This document shows positions 10,197-18,815 of a DNA stretch of 64,000 nucleotides, in pieces. The notes under the pieces are model-generated. The model saw nothing but the letters and a program-made list of their open reading frames with translations. It was not told the origin of the DNA and did not search any database. Both the position numbers and the translations under genes were made by a program. Source of the DNA: an uncultured Candidatus Rokubacteria bacterium (GTDB taxonomy: Bacteria > Methylomirabilota > Methylomirabilia > Rokubacteriales > CSP1-6); the NCBI GenBank assembly GCA_963762145.1, contig CAVXJS010000014.1, positions 288,001-352,000 on the forward strand. The letters are read 5' to 3'. The first letter of the stretch is position 1; each line of letters begins with the position of its first letter.

Positions 10197-11012
10197 GTGA
10201 TCGCGCCCGCCCGGTCCCTCGGCGCCATGACCGGGCGCGCGGCCGCGCTCGCCCTGGCCGCCTTCTTCATCCTGGGCCCATTGCTGAGCCTCGGCGTCTG
10301 GTCGTTCGCGGAGCGGTGGACCTACCCGAGCCCGTGGCCGCAGCGGTTCGGGCTCCGCTACTGGGCGCGCATGCTCACCGGCGACTTCCTCGATCCCCTC
10401 TACACCGGCCTGATCGTGGCGGTGATCGTGACGGTGCTGGCCCTGCTCTTCGCGGTGCCGCTGGGCTACGCGCTCGCCCGGCTGAAGTTCGCGGGCCGCA
10501 CCGTGATCCTGCTCGCGTTCCTGCTGCCCCAGGCCTTCCCGCAGCTGCCGGTCTTCGCGAGCGCCACTCGCGAGTTCTACCGCTTCGGGCTCGCCGGCAC
10601 CGTGACCGGGGTGGTGCTGGTGCACCTGGTGGGCGGCCTGGTCTTCGCGGTGTGGACGATGACCGCGGTGTTCCGCGCGATCCAGCCGGAGCTCGAGGAG
10701 GCCGCCTGGAACCTGGGCGCCTCGGTGACCCGCACCTTCCTGACCGTGTCGCTGCCGCTGGCGGTGCCCGGTATCGTGGCGAGCGCGCTGCTCGTGTTCC
10801 TCTACTCGCTGGATGAGTTCACCGGCACGCTGCTGGTGGGCGCCCCGTTCGTCACCACGCTCCCCGTCTACATGTACACCGCCAGCGTGGGCTACGAGCT
10901 GCAGATCGCCTCGGTGACCGCGATCGTGCTGATGGTGCCCGGGGCGGTCCTGCTGCTCCTGCTGGAGCGCGTGCTCAAGGCCGAGTACCTGGTCTTCTTC
11001 GGCCAGGTCTGA
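10197..11012 (+). CDS. ABC transporter permease
   Basis: EAA motif LEEAAWNLGAS; multiple TM segments. Confidence 0.9.
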   Translation: MIAPARSLGAMTGRAAALALAAFFILGPLLSLGVWSFAERWTYPSPWPQRFGLRYWARMLTGDFLDPLYTGLIVAVIVTVLALLFAVPLGYALARLKFAGRTVILLAFLLPQAFPQLPVFASATREFYRFGLAGTVTGVVLVHLVGGLVFAVWTMTAVFRAIQPELEEAAWNLGASVTRTFLTVSLPLAVPGIVASALLVFLYSLDEFTGTLLVGAPFVTTLPVYMYTASVGYELQIASVTAIVLMVPGAVLLLLLERVLKAEYLVFFGQV

Positions 11013-11016
11013 CGCG

Positions 11017-11099
11017 CCCCCTCACCCTGCCCTCTCCCCCTCCGGGGGCGAGGGTTCCAAGACACCCTCTCCCCTCAGGGGAGAGGGCAGGGTGAGGGG
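11017..11099. repeat. Composite of two inverted BoxC-like palindromes between convergent genes
   Basis: CCCCCTCACCCTGCCCTCTCCCCC..GGGGGCGAGGG ... CCCTCTCCCCTCAGGGGAGAGGGCAGGGTGAGGGG. Confidence 0.85.
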
Positions 11100-11103
11100 C
11101 GGT

Positions 11104-11658
11104 CTAGCGCTTCAGCCGGGTCGTCCACGCGACGAGCTCGGTCAGCAGCTTCCGGATCAGCTCCCTCGACGTCTCGTCGGTCAGCTCGCCCTGCTCGTTG
11201 AAGCGCTGGGCCGCGTTGGCGATCAGCACCTCCGGCTGGTTGACCTGGTACATGTTGAGGTAGATGAAGCACTGGCGCAGGTGGTACTGAGCGCGCGCGC
11301 TGCCCAGCATGCCGACCGAGGCGCCCATCACCGCCACCGGCTTGCCCTGCCACGCGCTGTCGCCGTAGGGGCGCGAGGCCCAGTCGATCGCGTTCTTGAG
11401 CACCCCGGGCATCGAGTAGTTGTACTCGGGGGTGGAGAAGAGGATGGCGTCCGCCGCGCGCACGCGGGTCTTCATCTCCACCACGCGCGCGGGCGGCTCC
11501 TTCTCCAGGTCCTGGTTGTACGGAGGAATGCCCTCGAGCTCGAAGATGTCGAGGCTCGCGCCCGGGGGCAGGAGCGACTGGGCCGCGCGGAGCGCGAAGC
11601 GGTTGAAGGACGCCCGGCGCAGGCTGCCGGGAATGCCGAGGATCTTGAGGTCGGGCAC
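11104..11658 (-). CDS. NADPH-dependent FMN reductase (ChrR/YieF-like)
   Basis: GSLRRASFN, TPEYNYSMPGVLKNAIDWASR. Confidence 0.92.
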   Translation of the reverse strand: MPDLKILGIPGSLRRASFNRFALRAAQSLLPPGASLDIFELEGIPPYNQDLEKEPPARVVEMKTRVRAADAILFSTPEYNYSMPGVLKNAIDWASRPYGDSAWQGKPVAVMGASVGMLGSARAQYHLRQCFIYLNMYQVNQPEVLIANAAQRFNEQGELTDETSRELIRKLLTELVAWTTRLKR

Positions 11659-11675
11659 GCGGGGTCTCCTTCCGC

Positions 11676-12725
11676 CTAGAACGAGGTGAACACGCCCTTG
11701 CCGGTGGTCTGGGTGTCGAAGCGCTTGTAGGCCTCCGCGGCCTGGTCGAGGCGGAACTGGTCGGTGAAGATCCGGCCGAGCGGGATCTTGCGGTCGGCCA
11801 CGAAGCGCGCGCACTCCCACTGGCCCATGCTGCTGAACGTCCACGAGGCCACCAGTGTGAGCTGCTTGCGGATCAGGTCACGGCTCACGTCGATGGAAGT
11901 GGCGCCCCCCTCGCCCACGAAGCACATGCGTCCCCACGTGGCGGCGCTGCGCACCGCGGCCACCCGGGGCTCGGGGAGGCCGGTGCAGTCCATGGTGGCC
12001 TCGGCCCCCTCGCCGTGGGTGAGGTCCATGATGGCCTTCACCGGGTCGGTCTCGCGCGAGTTGACGACCGCGTCGGCGCCGAACTGCTTCGCGAGGGCGA
12101 GCCGCTCCGCCGCGATGTCCACCGCGATCACGCGCGCGCCCATCGCCACGCCCAGCATGGTGGCGGAGAGGCCGACCGGTCCCTGGCCGAACACGGCCAG
12201 GGTGTCGCGCCCGGACACGTCGATGCGCTTGAGCGCGCCGTAGGCGGTGCCGGTGCCGCAGGACACCGCCGCGCCTTCCTCGAAGGTGAGCTCGTCGGGC
12301 AGGGGCACGTTGGTGCGCGCGGGCACCTTCATGTACTTCGCGTGCGCGCCGTCTCCGGTGGCGCCGAAGACGGTGATGCCGGCCTTGCAGAGCTGCGACC
12401 ACCCCACCCGGCAATGCTTGCAGTGGCCGCATCCGGTGTAGTGATGATTCATCACGCGCTGGCCCACGCGCCCCTCGGTCGCGCTCACGCCGGGGCCCAG
12501 CGCCGCGATCACCCCGCAGGGCTCGTGCCCCGCGATCACCGGCTTGCCGCTGCCGCCCAGGCCGAGCGCGGCCGTCTCGTTGCCGTCCGCGCGGTAGAAC
12601 TTGAGATCGCTCCCGCACATGCCGGAGGCCTTGATCTCCAGCACGACCTCGCCCGGCCCGGGCGTCGGATCGGGGAAGTCTCGCAGCTCGAGCTGTCGAT
12701 TGCCGGTGAAGACGATACCGCGCAT
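11676..12725 (-). CDS. Zinc-binding (MDR) alcohol dehydrogenase
   Basis: GMCGSD, GHEPCG, CGHCKHC...C structural Zn site, GQGPVG. Confidence 0.92.
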   Translation of the reverse strand: MRGIVFTGNRQLELRDFPDPTPGPGEVVLEIKASGMCGSDLKFYRADGNETAALGLGGSGKPVIAGHEPCGVIAALGPGVSATEGRVGQRVMNHHYTGCGHCKHCRVGWSQLCKAGITVFGATGDGAHAKYMKVPARTNVPLPDELTFEEGAAVSCGTGTAYGALKRIDVSGRDTLAVFGQGPVGLSATMLGVAMGARVIAVDIAAERLALAKQFGADAVVNSRETDPVKAIMDLTHGEGAEATMDCTGLPEPRVAAVRSAATWGRMCFVGEGGATSIDVSRDLIRKQLTLVASWTFSSMGQWECARFVADRKIPLGRIFTDQFRLDQAAEAYKRFDTQTTGKGVFTSF

Positions 12726-12824
12726 GGGTGCACCCCCTCGTTGTCGTTAGAGCCCGGTGTAGTGTAAAAGATGAGGTGGTCGACGGCCAGCAGTGCTCAC
12801 TCTCACGATCTCTGGAGGTGATCG

Positions 12825-13481
12825 ATGTCGCGGCTCGTCCTGACGCTGGCCCTGGCGCTCCTCGCCAGCGCCTGCGCGCCCGCGACCGAGCCGCGCACCG
12901 TGATCGCCGCCGGTCCGCGCGTGCTCTTCGACGATGACCTCCGGATCGCCCGCAACTGGTCCGCCGGCACCGGGACGATCTGCAAGTCCTCCTACGCCGA
13001 CGACGGCTTCGTCGTCGAGAACATCGCGGCCTCCGCGCCGTGCCTGCTGGGCCCGGTGCGTCCGGAGCCATTTCCGGCCGGCGTGCGCATCGAGGTGACC
13101 GCCCGGCAGCGCAAGGGCACCCGCGAGGGCGCGTTCGGGCTCATGTTCGCCAGCCGCGGCGGGGCCGACAACCGGACCTTCGCCACCTTCGGACTCACCG
13201 CCAACGGCACCTACCGGGTGGCGAGCTGGAGCGGCGGGAAGTGGAACTATCCGGTGCCGCCCACCGCAACCCGGAGCGTGAAGACCGAGTACGGCGCCCC
13301 GAATACCCTGGCCGTCGAGCTGCGCGACCGATCCATCGTGGCCTACGTCAACGGCCGGCCGGTGGCGACCGCGGAGCTGGCCGCCGAGGCCAGCGGCACG
13401 CTGGGACTCTACGTGGACCAGCGGGGCATGGAGGTGCTCTTCGGCAACCTCCGTGTCAGCGAGCTGCCCCCGGTTCGCTGA
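12825..13481 (+). CDS. Hypothetical lipoprotein, beta-sandwich (DUF1080/ConA-like)
   Basis: Lipobox LASAC; NTLAVELRDRSIVAYVNG...GTLGL pattern. Confidence 0.6.
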   Translation: MSRLVLTLALALLASACAPATEPRTVIAAGPRVLFDDDLRIARNWSAGTGTICKSSYADDGFVVENIAASAPCLLGPVRPEPFPAGVRIEVTARQRKGTREGAFGLMFASRGGADNRTFATFGLTANGTYRVASWSGGKWNYPVPPTATRSVKTEYGAPNTLAVELRDRSIVAYVNGRPVATAELAAEASGTLGLYVDQRGMEVLFGNLRVSELPPVR

Positions 13482-13493
13482 TCCGCCCGCCGA

Positions 13494-14549
13494 TCAGTTT
13501 CCCGCGCGCTTGAGCGCGAGCTCGATGTGCTCGGGCGCCGGCTTCCGCGTTCCCGCGTCCACCTCGCGCATCAGGGCGACCACCGCGCTCGACACCGGCG
13601 TCGGCACGCCGACCTCGCGGCCCTTGTCCACCACGAGGCCGTTCATGTAGTCGATCTCGCTGCGGCGGCCCTTGATCGCGTCCTGGGCCATGGAGGCGCG
13701 CCAGTTGCGCGCGGAGCCGCCCTCCTTGGGGGTGAGCGCGGCGTCGAGCTCTCCGTAGACGTCGGGGCGGCCGGCCTGGGCCCACTGCTCGGCCTCGCGG
13801 CCGTTGAACTTGGGAATACGGTAGCCGAGCTTGAGCCCGACCGCGGCCGATTCCTGCGCGATCCGGATGGTGATCTCGCGCCCTCGCGCCTGCTTGGCGA
13901 TCTCGACCGAGCCCAGGCCGGTCATGGCCTGCACCGGGTTGCCCATGCAGTTCGCGCAGAGCTTGGACCAGCGCTCGCCCCATAGGTTGTCGGTGGGCCG
14001 CGCCCCGTCCACCACGCTCATGATATCGGCCAGCTCGGTGACCCGCTCGGTGATGCGCCCGTCGTGCTCGCCGGCGCGGAACACGTCGTGTCCGGCGCCC
14101 TGGCCCTTTTCCATGCCGCGCTCCACCTGGCCCGGCTTCCACAGGGCGACGCCGATCTTCGACATGATGAGGCCGACCGAGCGCTCCGCGCCCGCGATGC
14201 CGGCCACGATCGGATCGTTCCAGCAGTTCTGGGCGGAGACCAGGTAGCCCTCGGGCTTCAGATGCGGCAGCGCCATCCAGGTGGCCCACGCGGTGTCGTA
14301 GGCCTTCATGGCGATGAACCCGATGTCGAAGTCGGCTCCGAGCCGCTGGAGCTCGTGCACGTGGATCGCAACCGGCTTGGCCTCGAAGGGGTCGTGCGGG
14401 CCGGTGACCGCGATGCCCTGACGGCGGAGAGTCTCGACCTGCTCGGGCCACGGATCTACCAGGGTCACCTCGTGGCCGGCCCGCGCGAGGAACGCGCCCA
14501 GGTAGCTGCCGATCGCACCCGCGCCGATGAAGAGCATCCGCTTGGCCAT
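13494..14549 (-). CDS. panE: Ketopantoate reductase family protein (ApbA/PanE-like)
   Basis: IGAGAIGS, SAQN, WSKLCANCMGN, SMAQD...RSEIDYMNG. Confidence 0.8.
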   Translation of the reverse strand: MAKRMLFIGAGAIGSYLGAFLARAGHEVTLVDPWPEQVETLRRQGIAVTGPHDPFEAKPVAIHVHELQRLGADFDIGFIAMKAYDTAWATWMALPHLKPEGYLVSAQNCWNDPIVAGIAGAERSVGLIMSKIGVALWKPGQVERGMEKGQGAGHDVFRAGEHDGRITERVTELADIMSVVDGARPTDNLWGERWSKLCANCMGNPVQAMTGLGSVEIAKQARGREITIRIAQESAAVGLKLGYRIPKFNGREAEQWAQAGRPDVYGELDAALTPKEGGSARNWRASMAQDAIKGRRSEIDYMNGLVVDKGREVGVPTPVSSAVVALMREVDAGTRKPAPEHIELALKRAGN

Positions 14550-14618
14550 CTCGAGTTCCTCCTGGTTCGGTGAGAGACCCCGCGATCTTAGCCCCGCGCG
14601 AGGCCGTTGCCAAGCCGC

Positions 14619-14759
14619 ATGCTCTCCAGCAGCCGGCAGTACATGAACGTGGCGCCGCACGTGGCCGCGCTGCCCGGGCTCGCCATCTTCCTCGCCGTCC
14701 TCGGCTTCAACCTGCTGGGCGACGGACTGCGCGATGCGCTCGATCCGCGCCTCCGCTAG
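14619..14759 (+). pseudogene. Orphan C-terminal remnant of a DppC/OppC peptide ABC permease
   Basis: Translates [46 protein letters not shown], the typical DppC/OppC C-terminus; the rest of the gene is absent. Confidence 0.8.
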
Positions 14760-14771
14760 AATGCGGGCGGC

Positions 14772-14984
14772 ATGAGCGACGCGGAGGCGGTGCGCGCGGA
14801 GGTGGACACCATGCTCGCGCTGGTCCGCGAGCGGTACGGCAGCCGGCTGGACGCCGACCAGCTCGCGGGCGTGCGGACGTCGATCGAGGCGATCGTGCAG
14901 GCCTCGCGCGCCCTCCGCGCGGTGCGCCTCACCAACGCCGACGAGCCCGCCCAGCCCTTCGCGGTCTACCGCGCGGAGCCGTGA
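14772..14984 (+). CDS. Small amidase-associated protein (GatC/AtzG-like)
   Basis: 70 aa, stop overlaps the amidase ATG; LRAVRLTNADEPAQPF C-terminal motif. Confidence 0.65.
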   Translation: MSDAEAVRAEVDTMLALVRERYGSRLDADQLAGVRTSIEAIVQASRALRAVRLTNADEPAQPFAVYRAEP

Positions 14985-16414
14985 TGGCCGAGGACGTGGT
15001 CTTCACCCCGGTCCGGGAGCTCGCGGAGGGTGTCCGCACCCGGCGCCTCTCCCCGGTCGCGCTGGCCGAGACGTTCCTCGGGCGGCTCGAGCAGCTCGGC
15101 CCGCGTTACAACGCGGTGGTCACGGTCACGCGTGCCCGCGCGCTCGAGCAGGCGCGGCGTGCGGAGGCGGAGATCGCGGCCGGGCGTTACCGCGGCCCGC
15201 TCCACGGCATTCCCTACGGGGCCAAGGATCTGCTCGCGACGTCCGGCGGCATCCCGACCACGTGGGGCGCGGCGCCCTTCAAGGACCGATGCTTCGATTT
15301 CGACGCCACCGCGATCCTGAAGCTGGAGGCCGCGGGCGCGGTGCTCTGCGCGAAGCTCGCCATGGTGGAGCTGGCCGGCGGCATGGGCTACCGGCAGCCC
15401 AATGCCGCGTTCACCGGGCCCGGCGTGAATCCGTGGAACCGGGAGGCGTGGAGCGGCGGCTCGTCGAGCGGCTCGGGCTCCGCGGTCGCGGCGGGGCTCG
15501 TCCCGTTCGCGATCGGCTCGGAGACCTGGGGCTCCATCCTCTCGCCCGCCGGCAACTGCGGCCTCGCGGGGCTGCGGCCGACCTACGGGCGGGTGAGCCG
15601 CCACGGCGCGATGGCCCTCTGCTGGACCCTCGACAAGCTCGGCCCGCTCGCCCTCACCGCGGACGACTGCGGCCTGGTGCTCGAGGTCATCGCGGGGCGA
15701 GACGCCGCCGATCCGACCACGGTGGACCGGCCCTACCGCTACGACGCGGGCGAGCCGGCGGGCCGGCGCTTCCGCTTCGGGGTGCTGCGCGGCATCACCG
15801 ACGGCTGCGAGGACGAGGTCCGGGAGAACTTCGCGCGCTCGCTGGACGTGCTGCGCGGGCTCGGTACCGTCGAGGAGGTCACGCTGCCGGATCTGCCCTA
15901 CGACGACATCACGCGCACCATCCTGTTCGCGGAGGCGGCGAGCGCGTTCGAGGACGTGATCGAGAGCGGCGCCATCGCCGGGCTCACCGCGCCGGAGGAC
16001 CGCTACACCGCCTACGCGCGCGACGCGATCCTCGCCAAGGACTACGTGAAGGCGCTGCGGCTGCGCGGCGTGATGGCGCGCGAGGCGGACCGCGTGCTGG
16101 CGCGGCTGGACGCGCTGGTCGCGCCGGGGCGCTCCACGGTGGCCGCGATGCTGGGCGGCGAGGTGCGCAGCGCGATCCGCGGGACCGCCCGGGACGTGAT
16201 GGGCGCCGTCGGCAACGGGGCGGGCCTGCCCGGGGTGGCGGTGCCGAATGGCTTCGGCGCGCGCGGACTGCCGACGAGCGTGCAGTTCATGGGGCGCGCC
16301 TGGGAGGAGAACACGATCCTGGCCGCCGCCCGTGCCTACCAGTCGGCCACCGACTGGCACCGGCGCCATCCCGCCGACGTCTCGACGAGCGGGGTGGCCG
16401 GATCGACGAGGTGA
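14984..16414 (+). CDS. Amidase signature family enzyme
   Basis: GPLHGIPYGAKD, GGSSSGSG, IGSETWGSI. Confidence 0.93.
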   Translation: MAEDVVFTPVRELAEGVRTRRLSPVALAETFLGRLEQLGPRYNAVVTVTRARALEQARRAEAEIAAGRYRGPLHGIPYGAKDLLATSGGIPTTWGAAPFKDRCFDFDATAILKLEAAGAVLCAKLAMVELAGGMGYRQPNAAFTGPGVNPWNREAWSGGSSSGSGSAVAAGLVPFAIGSETWGSILSPAGNCGLAGLRPTYGRVSRHGAMALCWTLDKLGPLALTADDCGLVLEVIAGRDAADPTTVDRPYRYDAGEPAGRRFRFGVLRGITDGCEDEVRENFARSLDVLRGLGTVEEVTLPDLPYDDITRTILFAEAASAFEDVIESGAIAGLTAPEDRYTAYARDAILAKDYVKALRLRGVMAREADRVLARLDALVAPGRSTVAAMLGGEVRSAIRGTARDVMGAVGNGAGLPGVAVPNGFGARGLPTSVQFMGRAWEENTILAAARAYQSATDWHRRHPADVSTSGVAGSTR

Positions 16415-17424
16415 CGGGCCCGCTGCGATCGGCCCCCCGCAAGGGGGCGATCGGTCTCGGCGCTCTCGTCCTGGCACTGGTCTTCCTGGCTCTGACGCTC
16501 GCCGCCGACGCCCAGCCGGCCCGGAAGGTGCCGACGGTCGGCTACGTGGGGCTGCCCACCGATTCGGCCGAGCCCCGGTGGCAGGACGGCTTCGTGCGCG
16601 GTCTTCGCGAGGCCGGGCACGTCCCGGGGCAGACCATCGTCGTCGAGGTCCGCAGCTACACGACCGGCGACGAGCTGCGGAAGGTGCTGGACGACTTTGT
16701 CCGGCAGAAGGTCGACGTCATCTTCGTCGGGCAGCCATTCGTCGCGCTCGCCGCGAGACAGGCGACCCGGGACACTCCCATCGTCTGCGGGTCCTGCGGC
16801 GATCCGATCGAGAACGGTCTCGCGAAGAGCCTGGCCAACCCGGGCGGTAACGTCACGGGCCTCGCGAGCCTGTCGGCGGAGCTCATCGGGAAGCGCGTGG
16901 CCCTGATGAAGGAGGTGCTCCCGGGTGCCTCGCGCCACGCGGTCTTCGTGTTTCCCTCCAACCCCGGGACCCGGGCGACCTCGAGGGCACTCGACGCGGC
17001 GGGCCGGACGCTCGGGGTCGAGATTCAGCGCATCGAGATCCGGCGCCCGGGTGACTTCGAGGGGGCGTTCCGGTCGGCGGCCAGAGGCGGCGCCGGCAGC
17101 GTCCTGCTCCAGGACGATCCGCTGCTCCGTCCCTCCGCGACTCAGATCGCGGAGCTGGCGCTGAGGCACCGGCTTCCGGTATCAGCCGGCGTGCTCGAAC
17201 TGACCGAGACGGGGGTCCTGATGGCCTACGGGCCCGACCGTGTCGACCTGTATCGGCGTGCCGCGGGGTTCGTGGACCGGATCCTCAAGGGGGCCAAGCC
17301 GGACGATCTGCCCTTCGAGCAGGCGGCGAAGTTCACCCTCGTGCTGAACCTCAAGACGGCCCGGGCTCTCGGCGTCACGATTCCGCCGTCGCTCATCCTG
17401 CGCGCGGATCGGGTCATCGAATGA
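16411..17424 (+). CDS. Orphan ABC substrate-binding protein (ABC_sub_bind, PF04392-like)
   Basis: SLANPGGNVTG, AGFVDRILKGAKPDDLPFEQ, LNLKTARALGVTIPPSLILRADRVIE. Confidence 0.9.
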   Translation: MTGPLRSAPRKGAIGLGALVLALVFLALTLAADAQPARKVPTVGYVGLPTDSAEPRWQDGFVRGLREAGHVPGQTIVVEVRSYTTGDELRKVLDDFVRQKVDVIFVGQPFVALAARQATRDTPIVCGSCGDPIENGLAKSLANPGGNVTGLASLSAELIGKRVALMKEVLPGASRHAVFVFPSNPGTRATSRALDAAGRTLGVEIQRIEIRRPGDFEGAFRSAARGGAGSVLLQDDPLLRPSATQIAELALRHRLPVSAGVLELTETGVLMAYGPDRVDLYRRAAGFVDRILKGAKPDDLPFEQAAKFTLVLNLKTARALGVTIPPSLILRADRVIE

Positions 17425-17462
17425 CCCGACCGGGAGTCCGGGGCTCGGTGGATGCGGGGGCG

Positions 17463-17729
17463 CTACTTCGGATCCGGGGCGCCGTTGCGGCGCTCCCGCT
17501 TGTCCTTCGACGGCTCGTTGCGGGTCTTCTGGTAATTCTCCCGCGCGGTCTTGATCGCCCCGGGATCACCCGACTTGTACGCCTCGCGAAGCTTCTGACG
17601 CGAGGTCTCCACGTCTTTCCGCTCGTGCTTGACGTCCTGGCTACCCTGCACGGGCAGCGCCAAGCCTCCGCTCACGATCACGGTGGCGCACGCGGCGCCC
17701 ATGGTCCAGCCGATCAGCGTCCTCATCAT
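17463..17729 (-). CDS. Small secreted hypothetical protein
   Basis: N-terminal hydrophobic signal then highly charged helical region; GAGGGAG RBS. Confidence 0.55.
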   Translation of the reverse strand: MMRTLIGWTMGAACATVIVSGGLALPVQGSQDVKHERKDVETSRQKLREAYKSGDPGAIKTARENYQKTRNEPSKDKRERRNGAPDPK

Positions 17730-17899
17730 CTTGCTCCCTCGGGGATGGATAGAAGTACGACCCACGATGCCCGAGGACACTGCAATGGCGTTGCCAGGCT
17801 GGAAGTATCTGGATTAGCAGGCGAATCGAGCTACTGCACCCCCGGGCTCTGACGCCACCCGTCACTCGCGCGGCCCACTTTTCGGCAGCTGCCGGAGTC

Positions 17900-18779
17900 C
17901 TATTTCCTGCCGCCCTGTGCCTTTCGGTCGGGCGCGGCGGCGCGGCGGGGCGCCTTCACGGGGGGCTTCTTGGCGCTCGGGGTGCCGCCCTCCGCGGGGG
18001 CGGCGGCGCGCTTGGCCAGGCTCTGCTTGAGCGCGTCCATCAGGTCGATCACCTGGGCCCGCTGCGCCTCCGGCTCGACCGCGGTGATCTCCTTGCCCTC
18101 CACCTTCGAGTTCGCGAGGTCGAGCACGCGGCTCCGGTAGTCGTCCTCGTACTGCTCGGGCTTGAACTCGTCGTGCGAGAGCTCGCCGATCAGGCGCTCG
18201 GCGAGGCCGAGCTCGCCCTCGCGCAGCTTCACCGACTTGCCCTTCTCGATCTCGCCGAAGTCGCGCACCTCGTCGGCGAAGTACATCGTGTGCAGCATCA
18301 GCCCGTCCTGCGCGGGGCGGATCGAGCACGAGGCTCTCCTTGCCGCGCATCACGAACGTGGCCAATGCCACCTTGTCGCTCTTGGCCATCGCCTCGGCGA
18401 GGAGACGGTACGGCTTCTCGCCGCCCTTGTCCGGTCCGAGGTAGTACGTCTTCTCGAAGTAGATCGGGTCCACCGACGAGAGCGGGACGAACTCGGCGAT
18501 GTCGATGACCTTCGAGGCCTCGCCTTCGAGCGACTTCAGCTCCTCGTCGGTGAAGCGCACGTACTGGTCCTTCTGGAACTCGTAGCCCTTGACGAGCGCG
18601 CTGCGCTCGACCACCTCGTTGCAGGCCGGGCAGAAGGTCTGCTGCTTGATCCGGCTGCCGCACTTGGCGTGCAGCAGGTTGAAGCTCACTCCGCCCGACG
18701 ACGCGGCGGTGTACAGCTTCACCGGGATCGAGACGAGCCCGAAGGAAATGGTGCCGGAACCGAGTGAATGAGGCGCCAT
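17900..18779 (-). CDS. ku: Non-homologous end-joining protein Ku (one frameshift near 18324)
   Basis: GTISFGLVSIPVKL, LVKGYE, VDPIYFEKTYYL, then after one extra base IRPAQDGLMLHTMYFADEVR...VIDLMDALKQSL and a basic tail. Confidence 0.93.
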
Positions 18780-18815
18780 GACCGTGAGACTTTGCACAGT
18801 ACCACGCGGGCAGCT

